Part shown: positions 11,167-21,828 of the stretch, one piece after another
How the letters are laid out: every line of letters starts with the position of its first letter
Position numbering within the stretch: position 1 is the stretch's first letter
Assembly (NCBI GenBank): GCA_963708025.1
Contig: CAVPSB010000032.1
Location: 1 to 64,000 of the forward strand
DNA: 64,000 nt
Reading direction: 5' to 3'
DNA from: an uncultured Candidatus Rokubacteria bacterium
GTDB lineage: Bacteria > Methylomirabilota > Methylomirabilia > Rokubacteriales > DASRDR01
Position numbers and translations under genes: made by a program
The notes under the pieces: model-generated
Databases searched by the model: none
Told to the model about the DNA's origin: nothing
The model's input: only the letters and a program-made list of their open reading frames with translations

Positions 11167-12072
11167 ATGGCGAAGTGGGCGTGCTTCCCGGACACGGCCG
11201 AGCCGCCGCGGGCGGTGGTCCAGCTCGCCGAGCAGGTGGAGCGGGACGGCGGTCACGTCCTCGGCTGCTACCAGGAGCCTCTGAAGAGTGCCTGGCAGCT
11301 CTTCGTCCTGCTGCCGATCGACCGGGTCCAGCCGACGCCCTACCAGCGCGACCTCTCGAAGCCCCACGTCAAGCGGCTCCAGGAAGTCATGAAGAAGCTC
11401 GGCCGGTTCGTCGATCCGATCGTGGCGGTTTCGTCCGGCCCCGGCCAGTACTGGACGCCGAACGGCAACCACCGGCGGGAGGCCTTGAGCAAGCTGAAGG
11501 CCGACTTCATCCCGGCCATCCTGATCCCGGACGCCGAGGTGGCGTACCAGATCCTCGCGCTCAACACCGAGAAGGCCCACAACGTCAAGGAGAAGTCGCT
11601 CGAGGTGATCCGGATGTTCCGGGGGCTCGTCGAGGAGGGTGTGTCGGCGACCGAGGAGGACTACGCCTTCCAGTTCGAGGCGCCTCACTTCATCACGCTC
11701 GGCCTGCTCTACGACGCGAACGCGCGGTTCGCGGGCGGCGCCTTCGCCCCGCTCCTCCGTCGCGTGGACAAGTTCCTGAAGCAGCCCCTGGCCAAGGCCT
11801 ACTCGGAGCGGGAGCGCCGCGCCGATCTGGTCCGCGAGGCCGACCGGGTCCTGGCGGACGTGGTGGCCAAGCTCAAGAAGCGCGGGATCAACCACCCATA
11901 CGTGAAGAACTACGTCCTGGCCCGCACGACCCCGCTCACCCGCGCCCGGAAAACGCTTCCCTCGTTCGACCAGACCTTCGAGCGCCTCCGAGAGAACCTG
12001 GAGAAGTTCGACCCGGCCAAGGTCCGCTACGACGAGATCGCCCGCTCGGCCGTGTTCGCCGCGCCGGCCTGA
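11167..12072 (+). CDS. ParB/Srx N-terminal domain protein
   Basis: VQPTPYQRDLS, DPIVAV, PNGNHRREAL. Confidence 0.8.
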   Translation: MAKWACFPDTAEPPRAVVQLAEQVERDGGHVLGCYQEPLKSAWQLFVLLPIDRVQPTPYQRDLSKPHVKRLQEVMKKLGRFVDPIVAVSSGPGQYWTPNGNHRREALSKLKADFIPAILIPDAEVAYQILALNTEKAHNVKEKSLEVIRMFRGLVEEGVSATEEDYAFQFEAPHFITLGLLYDANARFAGGAFAPLLRRVDKFLKQPLAKAYSERERRADLVREADRVLADVVAKLKKRGINHPYVKNYVLARTTPLTRARKTLPSFDQTFERLRENLEKFDPAKVRYDEIARSAVFAAPA

Positions 12073-12154
12073 CCGGAGGGGGCGTGTCCCCCGAAACAAT
12101 TGCCGGCGGCAGCGCGTCCAACCGGCCAGGCATGCTGATTCCCGGAGGACTCAC

Positions 12155-12478
12155 ATGAGACTGCCCTATCTTCGTCCGCCCATCCTGGCGGTGGGGCTGC
12201 TCCAGGCCGGCTGTTACGTTGTGCCGGCCCAGCCGCCGGTCGTCCAGACGCCGCCGCCCGCGCCGGCGCCGCCGGTCGAGGTGGTGCCGCAGACGCCCGG
12301 ACCAGCCTACGTCTGGGCCGGGGGTTACTGGGCCTGGCGCGGTCCCCGGCGGGGCTACGTCTGGGTGCCCGGCCGCTGGGTGGTGCCGGTTCAGCCCGGG
12401 TACGTGTGGGTCCCGGGCTACTGGGCGCCGGGCCCGAGCGGCTACGTGTGGGTGGAGGGCCACTGGCGCCTCCGATGA
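12155..12478 (+). CDS. YXWGXW-repeat lipoprotein
   Basis: Lipobox-like QAGC; YVWAGGYW, YVWVPGRW, YVWVPGYW, YVWVEGHW. Confidence 0.88.
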   Translation: MRLPYLRPPILAVGLLQAGCYVVPAQPPVVQTPPPAPAPPVEVVPQTPGPAYVWAGGYWAWRGPRRGYVWVPGRWVVPVQPGYVWVPGYWAPGPSGYVWVEGHWRLR

Positions 12479-12580
12479 TCCGGATCGGAAGGGCCTATCG
12501 ATCGAGACGGGCCTCCTCGGAACCTCCCCCTGGATAGTGATCCGGAGCAGGACCGGAGTCCGGTCCCGCTCCGGATCCCC

Positions 12581-13012
12581 TCAGGCCGCGCTCTTCTTCA
12601 CGACCTCGCGGACGGTCGCGAGGAGCTGGCGTGAGGAAAACGGCTTCGTGAGGTGGGCCGCCGCCCCGAGACCGAAGCTCACGGTCCGGTAGAGGGGGTC
12701 CATCTGGCCCGTCAGCACCACCACCGGGATGTCCCGCGTCGTGAGGTCCCCGGCCAGGCGGGTGACGACCGTGTAGCCGTCCATGCGGGGCATCATCACG
12801 TCGAGCAGGATCGCCGCCGGTCGGTGCTGGCGGGCCAGCTCGGGGATCGCCTCGCCATCGTGGACCACCACGGGCTGGAACCCGGCCTTGGTCAGAACCT
12901 CGGAGACCAGATCCCGGATCGCTCCCTCGTCATCGGCGACCAGCACGATCGGGCGAGCTTCGTCATCGTTCACGTGAGTCACGATATTCCTCCTCGATGT
13001 CGTCGTGTCCAT
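12581..13012 (-). CDS. Single-domain response regulator
   Basis: VLVADDE, LLDVMMPRMDG, KPF. Confidence 0.9.
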   Translation of the reverse strand: MDTTTSRRNIVTHVNDDEARPIVLVADDEGAIRDLVSEVLTKAGFQPVVVHDGEAIPELARQHRPAAILLDVMMPRMDGYTVVTRLAGDLTTRDIPVVVLTGQMDPLYRTVSFGLGAAAHLTKPFSSRQLLATVREVVKKSAA

Positions 13013-13020
13013 TTCGGTGC

Positions 13021-15999
13021 TCAGGCGCGCCGCGGCGCGCTCCCCGCCGGGACGCCGGCGTGGTCCAGGACGGCCCGGACCTTGCGGGCCAGCTCCCGCA
13101 CCGTGAACGGCTTCGGCAGGAAGGCCACGTCGGGATCGAGCACGCCGTGCTGGCCGAGCGCGTCGTCGGCGTAGCCGGAGACGTAGAGAACCTTCAGCCC
13201 GGGTCGGAGCCCCACCAGGCTACGTGCCACGTCGGGGCCGCTCATCCCGGGCATGATGACGTCGGTGATCAGCAGGTCGATCCGTCCGGGGTGGCGCTCG
13301 GCGATCGCCAGGGCCTCGTGAGCCCGGGCCGCCTCCAGCACCGTGTACCCCCAGCGGGTGAGGCTCTCGCGCACCATGCGCCGGACGTGACCCTCGTCCT
13401 CGAGGAGCAGGAGCGTCTCGTCGCCGGTGACCGGGGCTTCCGACGGCGGCTCGATCTCCCGCGTCTCGGGCGCCGACTCGACGCGCGGCAGGTAGATCCG
13501 GAAGGTGGTGCCGCACCCGGGGGCGCTCTCCACGTCGATGTGGCCGTCGCTCTGCTGCACGATGCCGTAGACGGTGGCCAGGCCCAGCCCCGTCCCCTTT
13601 CCAGGCTCCTTGGTGGTGAAGAAAGGCTCGAAGATGCGGAGCCGGGTCTCGGCATCCATCCCGATGCCCGTGTCCCGGACCTCGAGCGCGACCCAGCGTC
13701 CCGGGGGCAGGGCGACGGAACTCTCATCCGGCGCGGGCGGCACCTCTACGTTGGCGGTCCGGAGGACCAGCGCGCCGCCCCGCGGCATCGCATCCCGCGC
13801 GTTGACGGCCAGGTTCAGCGCGACCTGCCCGATCTGGCTGACGTCGGCGCGCACACGGCCCAGCGTCGGGTCGAGGGCAAGCTCGATGGCGATGTCCTCG
13901 CCGATCACGCGCCGGAGCATCTTCTCCACGTTGACGACGACCGCGTTCAGGTCCAGCACCCGTGGCTGCCGGAGCTGCTTCTTGCTGAAGGCGAGGAGCT
14001 GCTGGGTCAGCGCGGCGGCCCGGTCGCCGGTCTTCTGGATCAGGTCGGCCTGCCGCCACAGCGGATCCGCCGGGGGAAGGCCGTCCAGGAGCTGCTCGGC
14101 CCGCCCCTGGATGACGGTCAGCAGGTTGTTGAAGTCGTGGGCCACGCCTCCGGCCAGCCGCCCGACCGCCTCCATCTTCTGGGCGTGGGTGAGCTGCGCC
14201 TGGGTCCGGGCCAGCTCCGCGTAGGCCTGCTGGGCCTCGGCGTAGAGGCGCGCGTTCTCGAGCGCCGCCGCCGCCTGGGCGGCGAACAGCTCGAGCAGCT
14301 CCTCGTCCTCGGGGCTGAAGGCGGGCCGGGCCTTGGTGACCACCACCAGGGCGCCCAGCGCGCGCTCGCCCACGAGCAGCGGCACCGCGAGCTGCGAGGT
14401 GGGCGTCCCGCTCACCGGCCACTCCTGGCGGCTCAGCAGGGGATCCTGAAAGAGGTTGGCCGAGTAGCGCTTGGCTCGATGCTGGACGACCCACCCGACG
14501 ATGCCCCGACCGACCGGCAGCTCGGCGGCGCTCGCGCCGGTCCCCGGAGCCTCTCCCCGCGCCTCCCAGGAAGCCAGTCGCAGTCGTCGCCCCTCCTCCT
14601 CCAGCACCCACAACCGCGCGAGGTCCCCGCCCAGGAGGTCGAGGGCGGCCCCGGTCACGAAGTTGAGGACCTGGCGGTAATCGAGCGAGGACGCCGTGAG
14701 CTGGCTCAGGGCGGTGAGCCGCGCCATCCGGCGGAGCCGGGTCTGGGCGGCCTCGAACAGGCGCCCGTTCGTGATGGCGATCGTGGCGTGCTCGGCGAGG
14801 TGGGCAAGGACGGCCCGATCCCGGGCCGCGAAGGGCCGCGGCGAGTGGTTGCCGACGTAGAGGAGTCCTTCCATGCCCTGCTCGCTGCGGATCGACACCA
14901 CCAGCGCCGCCACCAGGCCTTCCTCGCGCATCACCGCGGCGTACTCCTCGCCGATCCGGTGGGCCTCGCCCTGGTGATCCGTCCCGAGAAGCCGCCGGAG
15001 CAGCGCGCCGGCCGTGTGGTAGCGCAGCACCATGGCCTGCGAGGCCGGATCGCGCAGGGCGACCGCGGCGATCTCGCTCCGGCACAGCTCCCGGGCCCCC
15101 TCCGCGATGCGCCGGAGCACCGTGTCCATGTCGAGCGACCGATTGATGGCGGCGATGACCTCGGCCATGATCTCGGCTTCGCGCCGCCGCGCCTCCGCAT
15201 CGCGATACAGCCCGGCGTTCTGCATGGCGAGCGCGATCTGCTCGGCCAGCGTCACGGCGAGCGCCGCCTCGTCCGGTGGCAGCGGGCGCTCGAGATCGAG
15301 CACGACCACACCCACGGCCCGCCCGAGACGGATGAGCGGGACGGCCAGCAGCGACCGGAGCCGGAACAGCTCGACCCAGCGGCGGGGCACCCGGACGTCC
15401 AGGCCGGCGTCGACGATCCGCACCGGCGCGCGCGTGAGCACGGCCTCCTGCAGGAACGGCACGGCCCGCAGCCGCGGCGTCCCCATGTCGGTGAACGTCT
15501 GCCACGTCTCGGGGTCCACGCTCCCCTCGGCGCGCTGCGACATGGCGGGGGTGAGCCACTCGCCCGACTCGTCGAGGAGATACACCGTGCAGCGCTCGGC
15601 CCGGCAGGCGCGGGCGGCGCCGCGCGTGATGTGACGCAGGAGCTCCTCCTCGTCCAGGGTCGAGCCGGTCGCGAGCGCGATCTCCAGCAGGGCATCGGCC
15701 TCGCGGGCTCGCTGGTCACGCTCCGCGCGAACGCTCCCCAGCTCCCGGCCCTGGTCCGCGAGCGTGTGACCGAGCCGCTCGACCTCGGTTGAGAGCGCCT
15801 TCACCGCGCGGCGGCGCCGGACCAGCCGCCAGAGAACGCCCGGCAGGATCAGGAGCACCAGCAGGTCGGCGTGGCGGGAGCCGGAGAGGACGATCAGCAG
15901 GGTGACGAGGGTGACCGCGGCGCCCACCACGATGGGGCGGATGATGGAGGGGTCGGCGATCTGCGTGACCCCGGGCATCGGGACGGGTGACTTCTTCAT
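13021..15999 (-). CDS. Hybrid histidine kinase, 3 GAF domains + receiver
   Basis: GVAHDFNN H-box, NARDAM, DTGIGM, FFTTK, GTGLGL, C-terminal REC. Confidence 0.92.
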   Translation of the reverse strand: MKKSPVPMPGVTQIADPSIIRPIVVGAAVTLVTLLIVLSGSRHADLLVLLILPGVLWRLVRRRRAVKALSTEVERLGHTLADQGRELGSVRAERDQRAREADALLEIALATGSTLDEEELLRHITRGAARACRAERCTVYLLDESGEWLTPAMSQRAEGSVDPETWQTFTDMGTPRLRAVPFLQEAVLTRAPVRIVDAGLDVRVPRRWVELFRLRSLLAVPLIRLGRAVGVVVLDLERPLPPDEAALAVTLAEQIALAMQNAGLYRDAEARRREAEIMAEVIAAINRSLDMDTVLRRIAEGARELCRSEIAAVALRDPASQAMVLRYHTAGALLRRLLGTDHQGEAHRIGEEYAAVMREEGLVAALVVSIRSEQGMEGLLYVGNHSPRPFAARDRAVLAHLAEHATIAITNGRLFEAAQTRLRRMARLTALSQLTASSLDYRQVLNFVTGAALDLLGGDLARLWVLEEEGRRLRLASWEARGEAPGTGASAAELPVGRGIVGWVVQHRAKRYSANLFQDPLLSRQEWPVSGTPTSQLAVPLLVGERALGALVVVTKARPAFSPEDEELLELFAAQAAAALENARLYAEAQQAYAELARTQAQLTHAQKMEAVGRLAGGVAHDFNNLLTVIQGRAEQLLDGLPPADPLWRQADLIQKTGDRAAALTQQLLAFSKKQLRQPRVLDLNAVVVNVEKMLRRVIGEDIAIELALDPTLGRVRADVSQIGQVALNLAVNARDAMPRGGALVLRTANVEVPPAPDESSVALPPGRWVALEVRDTGIGMDAETRLRIFEPFFTTKEPGKGTGLGLATVYGIVQQSDGHIDVESAPGCGTTFRIYLPRVESAPETREIEPPSEAPVTGDETLLLLEDEGHVRRMVRESLTRWGYTVLEAARAHEALAIAERHPGRIDLLITDVIMPGMSGPDVARSLVGLRPGLKVLYVSGYADDALGQHGVLDPDVAFLPKPFTVRELARKVRAVLDHAGVPAGSAPRRA

Positions 16000-16167
16000 C
16001 TCAGTGTCTGGAAATCGTGCAACGACAGTACCAAGAACAGAGCGACCCGAAGTCGCGTGAATGCAGGCGCTTTCAGGCGAAAAATCCCGTCCGGGAATCG
16101 TTCCGGGTGCGCGATTCCTGCCCGCGAGAAGGGCGCGCTGGAAAGAAGCGGACCAGCCGGCGCTAGG

Positions 16168-17115
16168 CTACGGGGCCGGCCGCCCGGCGCGCAGCTCGGC
16201 GTCCCACTCGGGACGACAGACCGCCCGGAAGTTGCACCGGCGGCAGATCCGCAGGTCCTCGCACCGCTCGAAGTCCTCGATCGCCGCCACGTTGGCCTCC
16301 GGGTCGCGGAGCCAGGCCTTCATGGCGCGGATCGACAGCCGGAGCCGCTCGCGCATGGCCTCCACGCGGGTGGCGTCCCAGGCGTGGACGGTCACGGCGC
16401 CCTCCCGCAGGTTCACCTCGAGGAGATCGACCAGCTCCGGGGGGACCTCGAGCACATCGCGCGCGTAGAGGGCGTAGCAGCCGAGCTGGACGGCGGTCTC
16501 CTCGGGATCGGGGCTGCCCGTCTTCCAGTCCACCAGCGCCAGCCGGTCGGCGACGGTCCAGTAGCCGAAGTCGGGAGCCGCGTACACCGGCGTCCCTTCG
16601 AACTGGAAGGCGCGGACGTCCTCGATGAGGGTCCAGCGCTCGCGCGGCGTCTGGCGGATCTCCGCCAGGAGCGGGAGGCGATGAAAGGTGCGGAGGCACC
16701 GGAGCACGTGATCGCGGAGCACCTGCCACGTGCGGTCGTCCACGTCGACGGCGTACTCGTGCTCGAAGAGGGCGACCGGCCCCTTGGGGGTCTCGCGATA
16801 CCCCCCGCTCTTCGAGAACCGCCACTCCTGGCGCATGCGCCGGAGCGTCTCGTCGAGGAGCCACGCCTCGGGCAGGTCCCGCCCGGCGTGGAGCACCCGG
16901 AGGGCCATCTCGACCGCCTCGTGGACGACGCGCCCCGCCCAGCCCTGCCGCCCGGTGAGCTGCTTCAGGACGTAGAGGCGCCGGGTCTCCGGTGGCGCGT
17001 CCGGCTCCCAGCCGCCCCAGGCGCCGTAGTAGTGGTAGAAGTACTTCCGCCGGCACGCCTCGAACATGACACCGCGGGAGCGGGACCAGGAAAGGACGTT
17101 GGCGAGGTCCGCCAC
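16168..17115 (-). CDS. PD-(D/E)XK nuclease (PDDEXK_1, AddB/Cas4-like)
   Basis: PD...VDWKTG, QLGCYALY, N-terminal Cys plus C-terminal CRRC-x5-C. Confidence 0.85.
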   Translation of the reverse strand: MADLANVLSWSRSRGVMFEACRRKYFYHYYGAWGGWEPDAPPETRRLYVLKQLTGRQGWAGRVVHEAVEMALRVLHAGRDLPEAWLLDETLRRMRQEWRFSKSGGYRETPKGPVALFEHEYAVDVDDRTWQVLRDHVLRCLRTFHRLPLLAEIRQTPRERWTLIEDVRAFQFEGTPVYAAPDFGYWTVADRLALVDWKTGSPDPEETAVQLGCYALYARDVLEVPPELVDLLEVNLREGAVTVHAWDATRVEAMRERLRLSIRAMKAWLRDPEANVAAIEDFERCEDLRICRRCNFRAVCRPEWDAELRAGRPAP

Positions 17116-17239
17116 CGCTCCAGAATAGCGACCGGTCCCGGGCCCGGCAACCCGGCTTGACGCTCCTCCCGGGGTCTGGTAGGTAGGGAAGGGGCAATCC
17201 GGCCTCGGTCAACCCGACACGTCCCATCAGGAGGGATCC

Positions 17240-18085
17240 ATGGCACACCTCGAACTGTCGCGTCGCGAGGCGCTCGCCGCCCTCGCCGCCGCCGGTGGCT
17301 ATGCGCTGGGCGCCGAGCCGGTCCTGGCCCAGGCCATCACCACCGACACCAAGGGGCTGGTCACCGGCACGGTCAACGTCGCGGGCGCCGACGGAACGCC
17401 GATCCCCGTCTACGAGGCCTACCCCGAGCAGGCGGGCGAGTACCCCGTCGTGCTGGTCATCTCCGAGGTCTGGGGCGTCCACGAGTGGATCAAGGACATC
17501 ACCCGCCGCTTCGCCAAGGAGGGCTACTACGCGGTCGCCCCCGAGCTGTTCTCGCGCGAAGGCGGCCTGGCCCAGGTCACCGACATGCCGAAAGTGCTAA
17601 GCGTCGTCTTCAACGCGCCCCTCAAGCGGGTCGTCGGCGACCTGCGGGCGGGGGTCGAGTACGCGCGGAAGCAGCCCGCGGCCAAGGGGGACCGGATCGG
17701 CGTGACCGGGTTCTGCTGGGGCGGACAGTTGACCCTCACCTTCCCGGCCTTCTACAAGGACACGAAGGCCGCGGTCTCCTGGTACGGGGCGATCACCCGG
17801 GCGCAGAAGGACGACCCCAAGCCGGTCACGGCGCTGGACGTGGCCGCCGAGGTCCCGTGCCCCGTCCTCATGCTCTACGGCGGCGCCGACCAGGGCATCC
17901 CGGTCGCGGACGTCGAGAAGGAAGCCGCCGCGCTCAAGGCGGCCGGCCGCACGGTCGAGGTCCACGTCTATCCGGACGGGCCGCACGGCTTCCTGGCCGA
18001 CTACCGGCCGAGCTATCGCCCGGAGATGGCGAAGGACGCCTGGGGCAAGTGCCTCGGGTGGTTCCAGAAATACCTGAAGGCGTGA
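17240..18085 (+). CDS. Dienelactone hydrolase family protein with Tat signal
   Basis: SRREAL, EVWG, GFCWGG, HGF. Confidence 0.92.
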   Translation: MAHLELSRREALAALAAAGGYALGAEPVLAQAITTDTKGLVTGTVNVAGADGTPIPVYEAYPEQAGEYPVVLVISEVWGVHEWIKDITRRFAKEGYYAVAPELFSREGGLAQVTDMPKVLSVVFNAPLKRVVGDLRAGVEYARKQPAAKGDRIGVTGFCWGGQLTLTFPAFYKDTKAAVSWYGAITRAQKDDPKPVTALDVAAEVPCPVLMLYGGADQGIPVADVEKEAAALKAAGRTVEVHVYPDGPHGFLADYRPSYRPEMAKDAWGKCLGWFQKYLKA

Positions 18086-18163
18086 TCCCAGCCGGAGGGG
18101 GCTCCTGATGGACGGGGGCCCCCTCCGGAACCTCCCCCCAGGAACATCGCACCCAGCCCCGAG

Positions 18164-19363
18164 CTGACCGACAGCCCGGACCGGGCCGGCCCTCTCGAGG
18201 GGCTCCGGGTCGTCGACCTGTCGGCGATCATCGCCGGCCCCATCGCGACGGCGTTCCTGGCGACCTTCGGCGCCGACGTCGTCAAGCTCGAGCCCCTCGA
18301 GGGGGACGCGCTCCGCGGCTACCCGTCCACCCTGCCCGGGGAGAGCCGCTACTTCCTGGGCATCAACCGGGGCAAGCGGAGTCTCGCCGTGGACCTCAAG
18401 CACCCCGAGGGGCTCGGGATCGCGCGGCGCCTGGCGCGCGACGCCGACGTCTTCGTCGAGAGCTTCCGCCCCGGCGTGGCCGCCCGGCTAGGGCTCGACT
18501 ACCCGGCGCTGGCCGAGGCGAACCCGCGCCTGGTCTACTGCTCCGTCTCGGCCTACGGTCAGCGCGGCCCGCTCTCGACCCGACCGGGGCTCGACCCGGT
18601 CGTCCAGTGCTACGGGGGCCTGGCCTGGGAGCAGGGCGCGCCCGAGGGCGAGGCGCCGGCCCTCGTCCGCGGGAGCCTGGTCGACTACTACACGGGCAGC
18701 CTGGCCGCGTCCGGGATCCTGCTCGCGGTGATCGCCCGGATGAGGACCGGCGCCGGCCAGTACCTGGAGACCTCGCTGCTCGACGGCGTCCTGGCGATGC
18801 AGGCCGGCCGCCTCTTCTGGGCCGAGGGCCGGGAGGCGCCGGAGGCCGTCCGCGACCTCCTCGGCGACCGCGTCTCTCGCATCTACCCGACCCGCGAGGG
18901 CTACCTCTACCTCTACGTCGAGCTGCCCAAGTTCTGGGACGGGCTCTGCCGCACGCTCGGCCTGGAGACCTGGCTGGAGGACCCACGGCTCCAGACGATG
19001 GTCGGGCGGCACGCTCACAAAAGCGAGCTGATCGCCCGGGTCACCGAGCGGCTGGCCGAGCGTACGGCGGCGGAGTGGGAGGCGATCTTCACCGCGGCCG
19101 ACGTGCCGTGCACACGGATCCGCTCGATCCCCGAGCTGCTCCTCGATCCCCACGTCGAGGCGAGCGGCATGCTCGCGACGGCCGCCCACCCGGGGCTCGG
19201 CCCGCTCCGCTACCTCGGGACCCCGATCCGGCTCGGCGGCACACCCGGACGGCCGCCCGCTCCCCCGCCCGCGCTCGGCGAGCACACCGACGCCGTCCTG
19301 CTCGAGGCCGGGTACGCCCGCGACGCCATCGCCCGGCTCCGGGCGGGCGGCGTGGTGCGGTGA
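18164..19363 (+). CDS. CaiB/BaiF class III CoA-transferase (start uncertain)
   Basis: GPLEGLRVVDLS...AGP, NRGKRS, ADVFVESFRPG, LGEHT; frame open upstream of the 18389 call. Confidence 0.88.
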   Translation: MTDSPDRAGPLEGLRVVDLSAIIAGPIATAFLATFGADVVKLEPLEGDALRGYPSTLPGESRYFLGINRGKRSLAVDLKHPEGLGIARRLARDADVFVESFRPGVAARLGLDYPALAEANPRLVYCSVSAYGQRGPLSTRPGLDPVVQCYGGLAWEQGAPEGEAPALVRGSLVDYYTGSLAASGILLAVIARMRTGAGQYLETSLLDGVLAMQAGRLFWAEGREAPEAVRDLLGDRVSRIYPTREGYLYLYVELPKFWDGLCRTLGLETWLEDPRLQTMVGRHAHKSELIARVTERLAERTAAEWEAIFTAADVPCTRIRSIPELLLDPHVEASGMLATAAHPGLGPLRYLGTPIRLGGTPGRPPAPPPALGEHTDAVLLEAGYARDAIARLRAGGVVR

Positions 19364-19415
19364 CCCGCGTGCACTCCGTCGCCGGCCGGTATAATCCTCT
19401 CGAGGAGATCAAGAC

Positions 19416-19880
19416 ATGATGACCCGCCGTCGGTTGCTCCTGGGCACCGCGCTGGCCGCCGGCGCCATCGCCGCCGGCCGCCGCGCCACGGGCGGCCCGA
19501 TCACGATCGACGAGATCGGGGATCGGGTGCAGACCGTTGGGAAGGGGGAGCTGCCGGAGTTCGCCGGGCCGGCGCCGCACATCCGCGCCGCCTACCGCTA
19601 CGCGCTCGACCGGGACGACCTCCGGAACATCCCGTGCTTCTGCGGCTGCGGTCGCTTCGGCCACACGTCGAACCGGGAGTGCTACGTCAAGACGCGCCAC
19701 CCCGACGGCCGGGTGACCTTCACCAGTCACGCCGCCACCTGAACGCACTGTCTCGACGTCACGCGTGACGTGATGACGATGCGGGCCGCGGGCAAGTCGC
19801 TCCGGGAGACGCGCCGCGCGATCGACGCCAAGTACGCAGGGAGCGGGAAGCCCACCCCGACCCCCCTGCCGCCAGCCTGA
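19416..19880 (+). CDS. PCYCGC-motif family protein, predicted selenoprotein (UxxC)
   Basis: PCFCGC; HAAT-TGA(19740)-THC reads on to KSLRETRRAIDAKY...KPTPTPLPPA, matching the family C-terminus. Confidence 0.82.
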
Positions 19881-19979
19881 GGCGGAGCGGCAGGCCACCC
19901 ACCCGATCGCGGGTTGACCCCGGTGGCGCCGGGGTGCTAAGACAGCACCGCGTCACATCCCACGACCGTGGAGGTCCCC

Positions 19980-20504
19980 ATGGCAACGATCCGGGTCCTG
20001 AGCCCCGTCGCCGAGAGCAAGGTGAGCCAGGAGGCGCCGCGGCCGCTGCCCGCCGCGCTGTCCGGCGCGACGATCGGCTTCCTCGACAACACCAAGCCCA
20101 ACTTCGACCGGCTGCTGCGGACGATGGAGGCCCTCCTCCGCGAGCGCTACGGCATCGCGGGGGCGGTCTTCCAGAAGAAGTCGAACTCGTCCACCCCGGC
20201 GCCGCCCGAGGTGCTCGCCGCCCTGGCCGGCGTCGATCTCGTCGTCACCGGGTCCGCCGACTGAGGGTCCTGCACGTCGTGGAGTCTCCACGACGCAGTG
20301 ACCCTGGAGCGGCGCGGGATCCCGGCGGCCGTCGTCACCACCTCGGCCTTCGAGACGCTGGCGCACCACGAGGCCCACACCCTGGGGATGGAGGGACTCC
20401 CGCTGCTGGTCGTCGATCACCCGCTGGGCGGTGAGCCACCCGAGCGGGTCGCTGACAAGGCCGCCCGCGCCATCGCCCAGCTCGCGGCGCTCATGGGGCG
20501 GTAG
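19980..20504 (+). CDS. UGSC-family selenoprotein
   Basis: DNTKPN; GSAD-TGA(20262)-GSCTSWSLHD reads in frame into ERRGIP...HP; downstream hairpin. Confidence 0.88.
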
Positions 20505-20510
20505 CCCACC

Positions 20511-21587
20511 GTGACCTCGCTCCCCCTCGCCTCGGAGGTCATCGAGCTGGAGGACTCGCTCGAGGCGGTCCAGGCCCACTTCGTCGAGCGCGGCTGGACG
20601 GACGGCCTCCCCGTCGTGCCGCCGACGCCCGAGCGGGTGACCGCGATGCTGGCCGGGATCGACGCCGAGCCCGACCTCGTCGTCGGGAAGATCCCGCCCC
20701 TCTGGGGCGAGGCGACCCTCGAGAAGGTCGCGATCAACGCGGTCATGGCCGGCTGCCGGCCGGCGGCGCTCCCGGTCCTGGTCGCCGCGCTCGAGGCGAT
20801 GCTGGAGCCCGGCTTCAACCTCTATGGCGTCCAGGCCACCACCCACCCGGTGGCGCCCCTCCTGATCGTCAACGGCCCGGCCGCCGCGCGCCTCGGCATG
20901 CACGCGGGCTCGGGCGCCCTCGGCCCCGGCAACCCGGCCAACGCGACGCTCGGCCGGGCGCTCCGCCTCTGCCTCTGGAACCTGGGTGGTGCGCGGCCGG
21001 GAGCCGGCGACATGGCCACGCTGGGAAGCCCGGCGAAGTACACCTACGCCCTCGCCGAGCGCGAGGACGCGAATCCCTGGGGCCCCCTCCACGCGAGTCT
21101 CGGCTTCGACGCCGGCGAGAGCGTCGTGACGGTCTTCGGCGGCGAGGCGCCTCACAACGTCAACGACCACGTGAGCCAGCGGGCGGGGAACCTCCTCGCG
21201 GTGGTCGCCGGCACCGCCGCCACCCTCGGCTCGAACCTCGGCTGGTACTTCGCCCAGAGCCAGCTCCTGGTCATCCTCGGCCCGGAGCACGCCGCCACCA
21301 TCGCCGCCGACGGGTGGAGCCGCGCCGACGTCCAGCGCTTCCTCTACGAGCACGCGCGACTCCCGCTCGCCCGGCGCAAGCTCGGCGGCATGTGGGGGAA
21401 CCACGACTGGCCCCGGTGGATGGCCACCGCGGACGACCGGGCGCTCCTCCCCGTCGTCCCCGGCCCCGAGGACGTCCTGGTCATGGTCGCCGGCGGCCCG
21501 GGCAAGCATTCCGCGGTCGTCCCCAACTGCTGCTTCTCCCGGGCGGTCAGCCGCGCCGTGACCCGCTGTCCGGGGCAGGGCCGATGA
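20511..21587 (+). CDS. UGSC-associated protein
   Basis: GWTDGLPVVPPT, VAINAVMAGC, NATLGRALRL, VAGGPGKHS. Confidence 0.8.
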   Translation: MTSLPLASEVIELEDSLEAVQAHFVERGWTDGLPVVPPTPERVTAMLAGIDAEPDLVVGKIPPLWGEATLEKVAINAVMAGCRPAALPVLVAALEAMLEPGFNLYGVQATTHPVAPLLIVNGPAAARLGMHAGSGALGPGNPANATLGRALRLCLWNLGGARPGAGDMATLGSPAKYTYALAEREDANPWGPLHASLGFDAGESVVTVFGGEAPHNVNDHVSQRAGNLLAVVAGTAATLGSNLGWYFAQSQLLVILGPEHAATIAADGWSRADVQRFLYEHARLPLARRKLGGMWGNHDWPRWMATADDRALLPVVPGPEDVLVMVAGGPGKHSAVVPNCCFSRAVSRAVTRCPGQGR

Positions 21588-21757
21588 GCTTCGCAACGTC
21601 CATCTCGGTCGTGACGCGCTCGGCCTGCGGCCTCGCGGCCGTCCCGACCTATGGGCGTCCTCGGTTCGTCGCCGATCCTCGGCGTACTCGGAGTACGCCT
21701 GCGGTCGGCGACTCCCTGCGTCCTAGCGCTGCTCGCTCCTCGGCCCCGCCCCCCCCA
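21584..21757 (+). repeat. Repeat family B, copy 1
   Basis: High similarity to 23756-23926 and to reverse copy 54413-54566. Confidence 0.85.
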
Positions 21758-21828
21758 AGACGAGCGCGGCTCGGCTAGAAGGGGCGGGGCGCGCTTTCGC
21801 GGCTGCTGACTGCGCGTAGAATGGGGGG

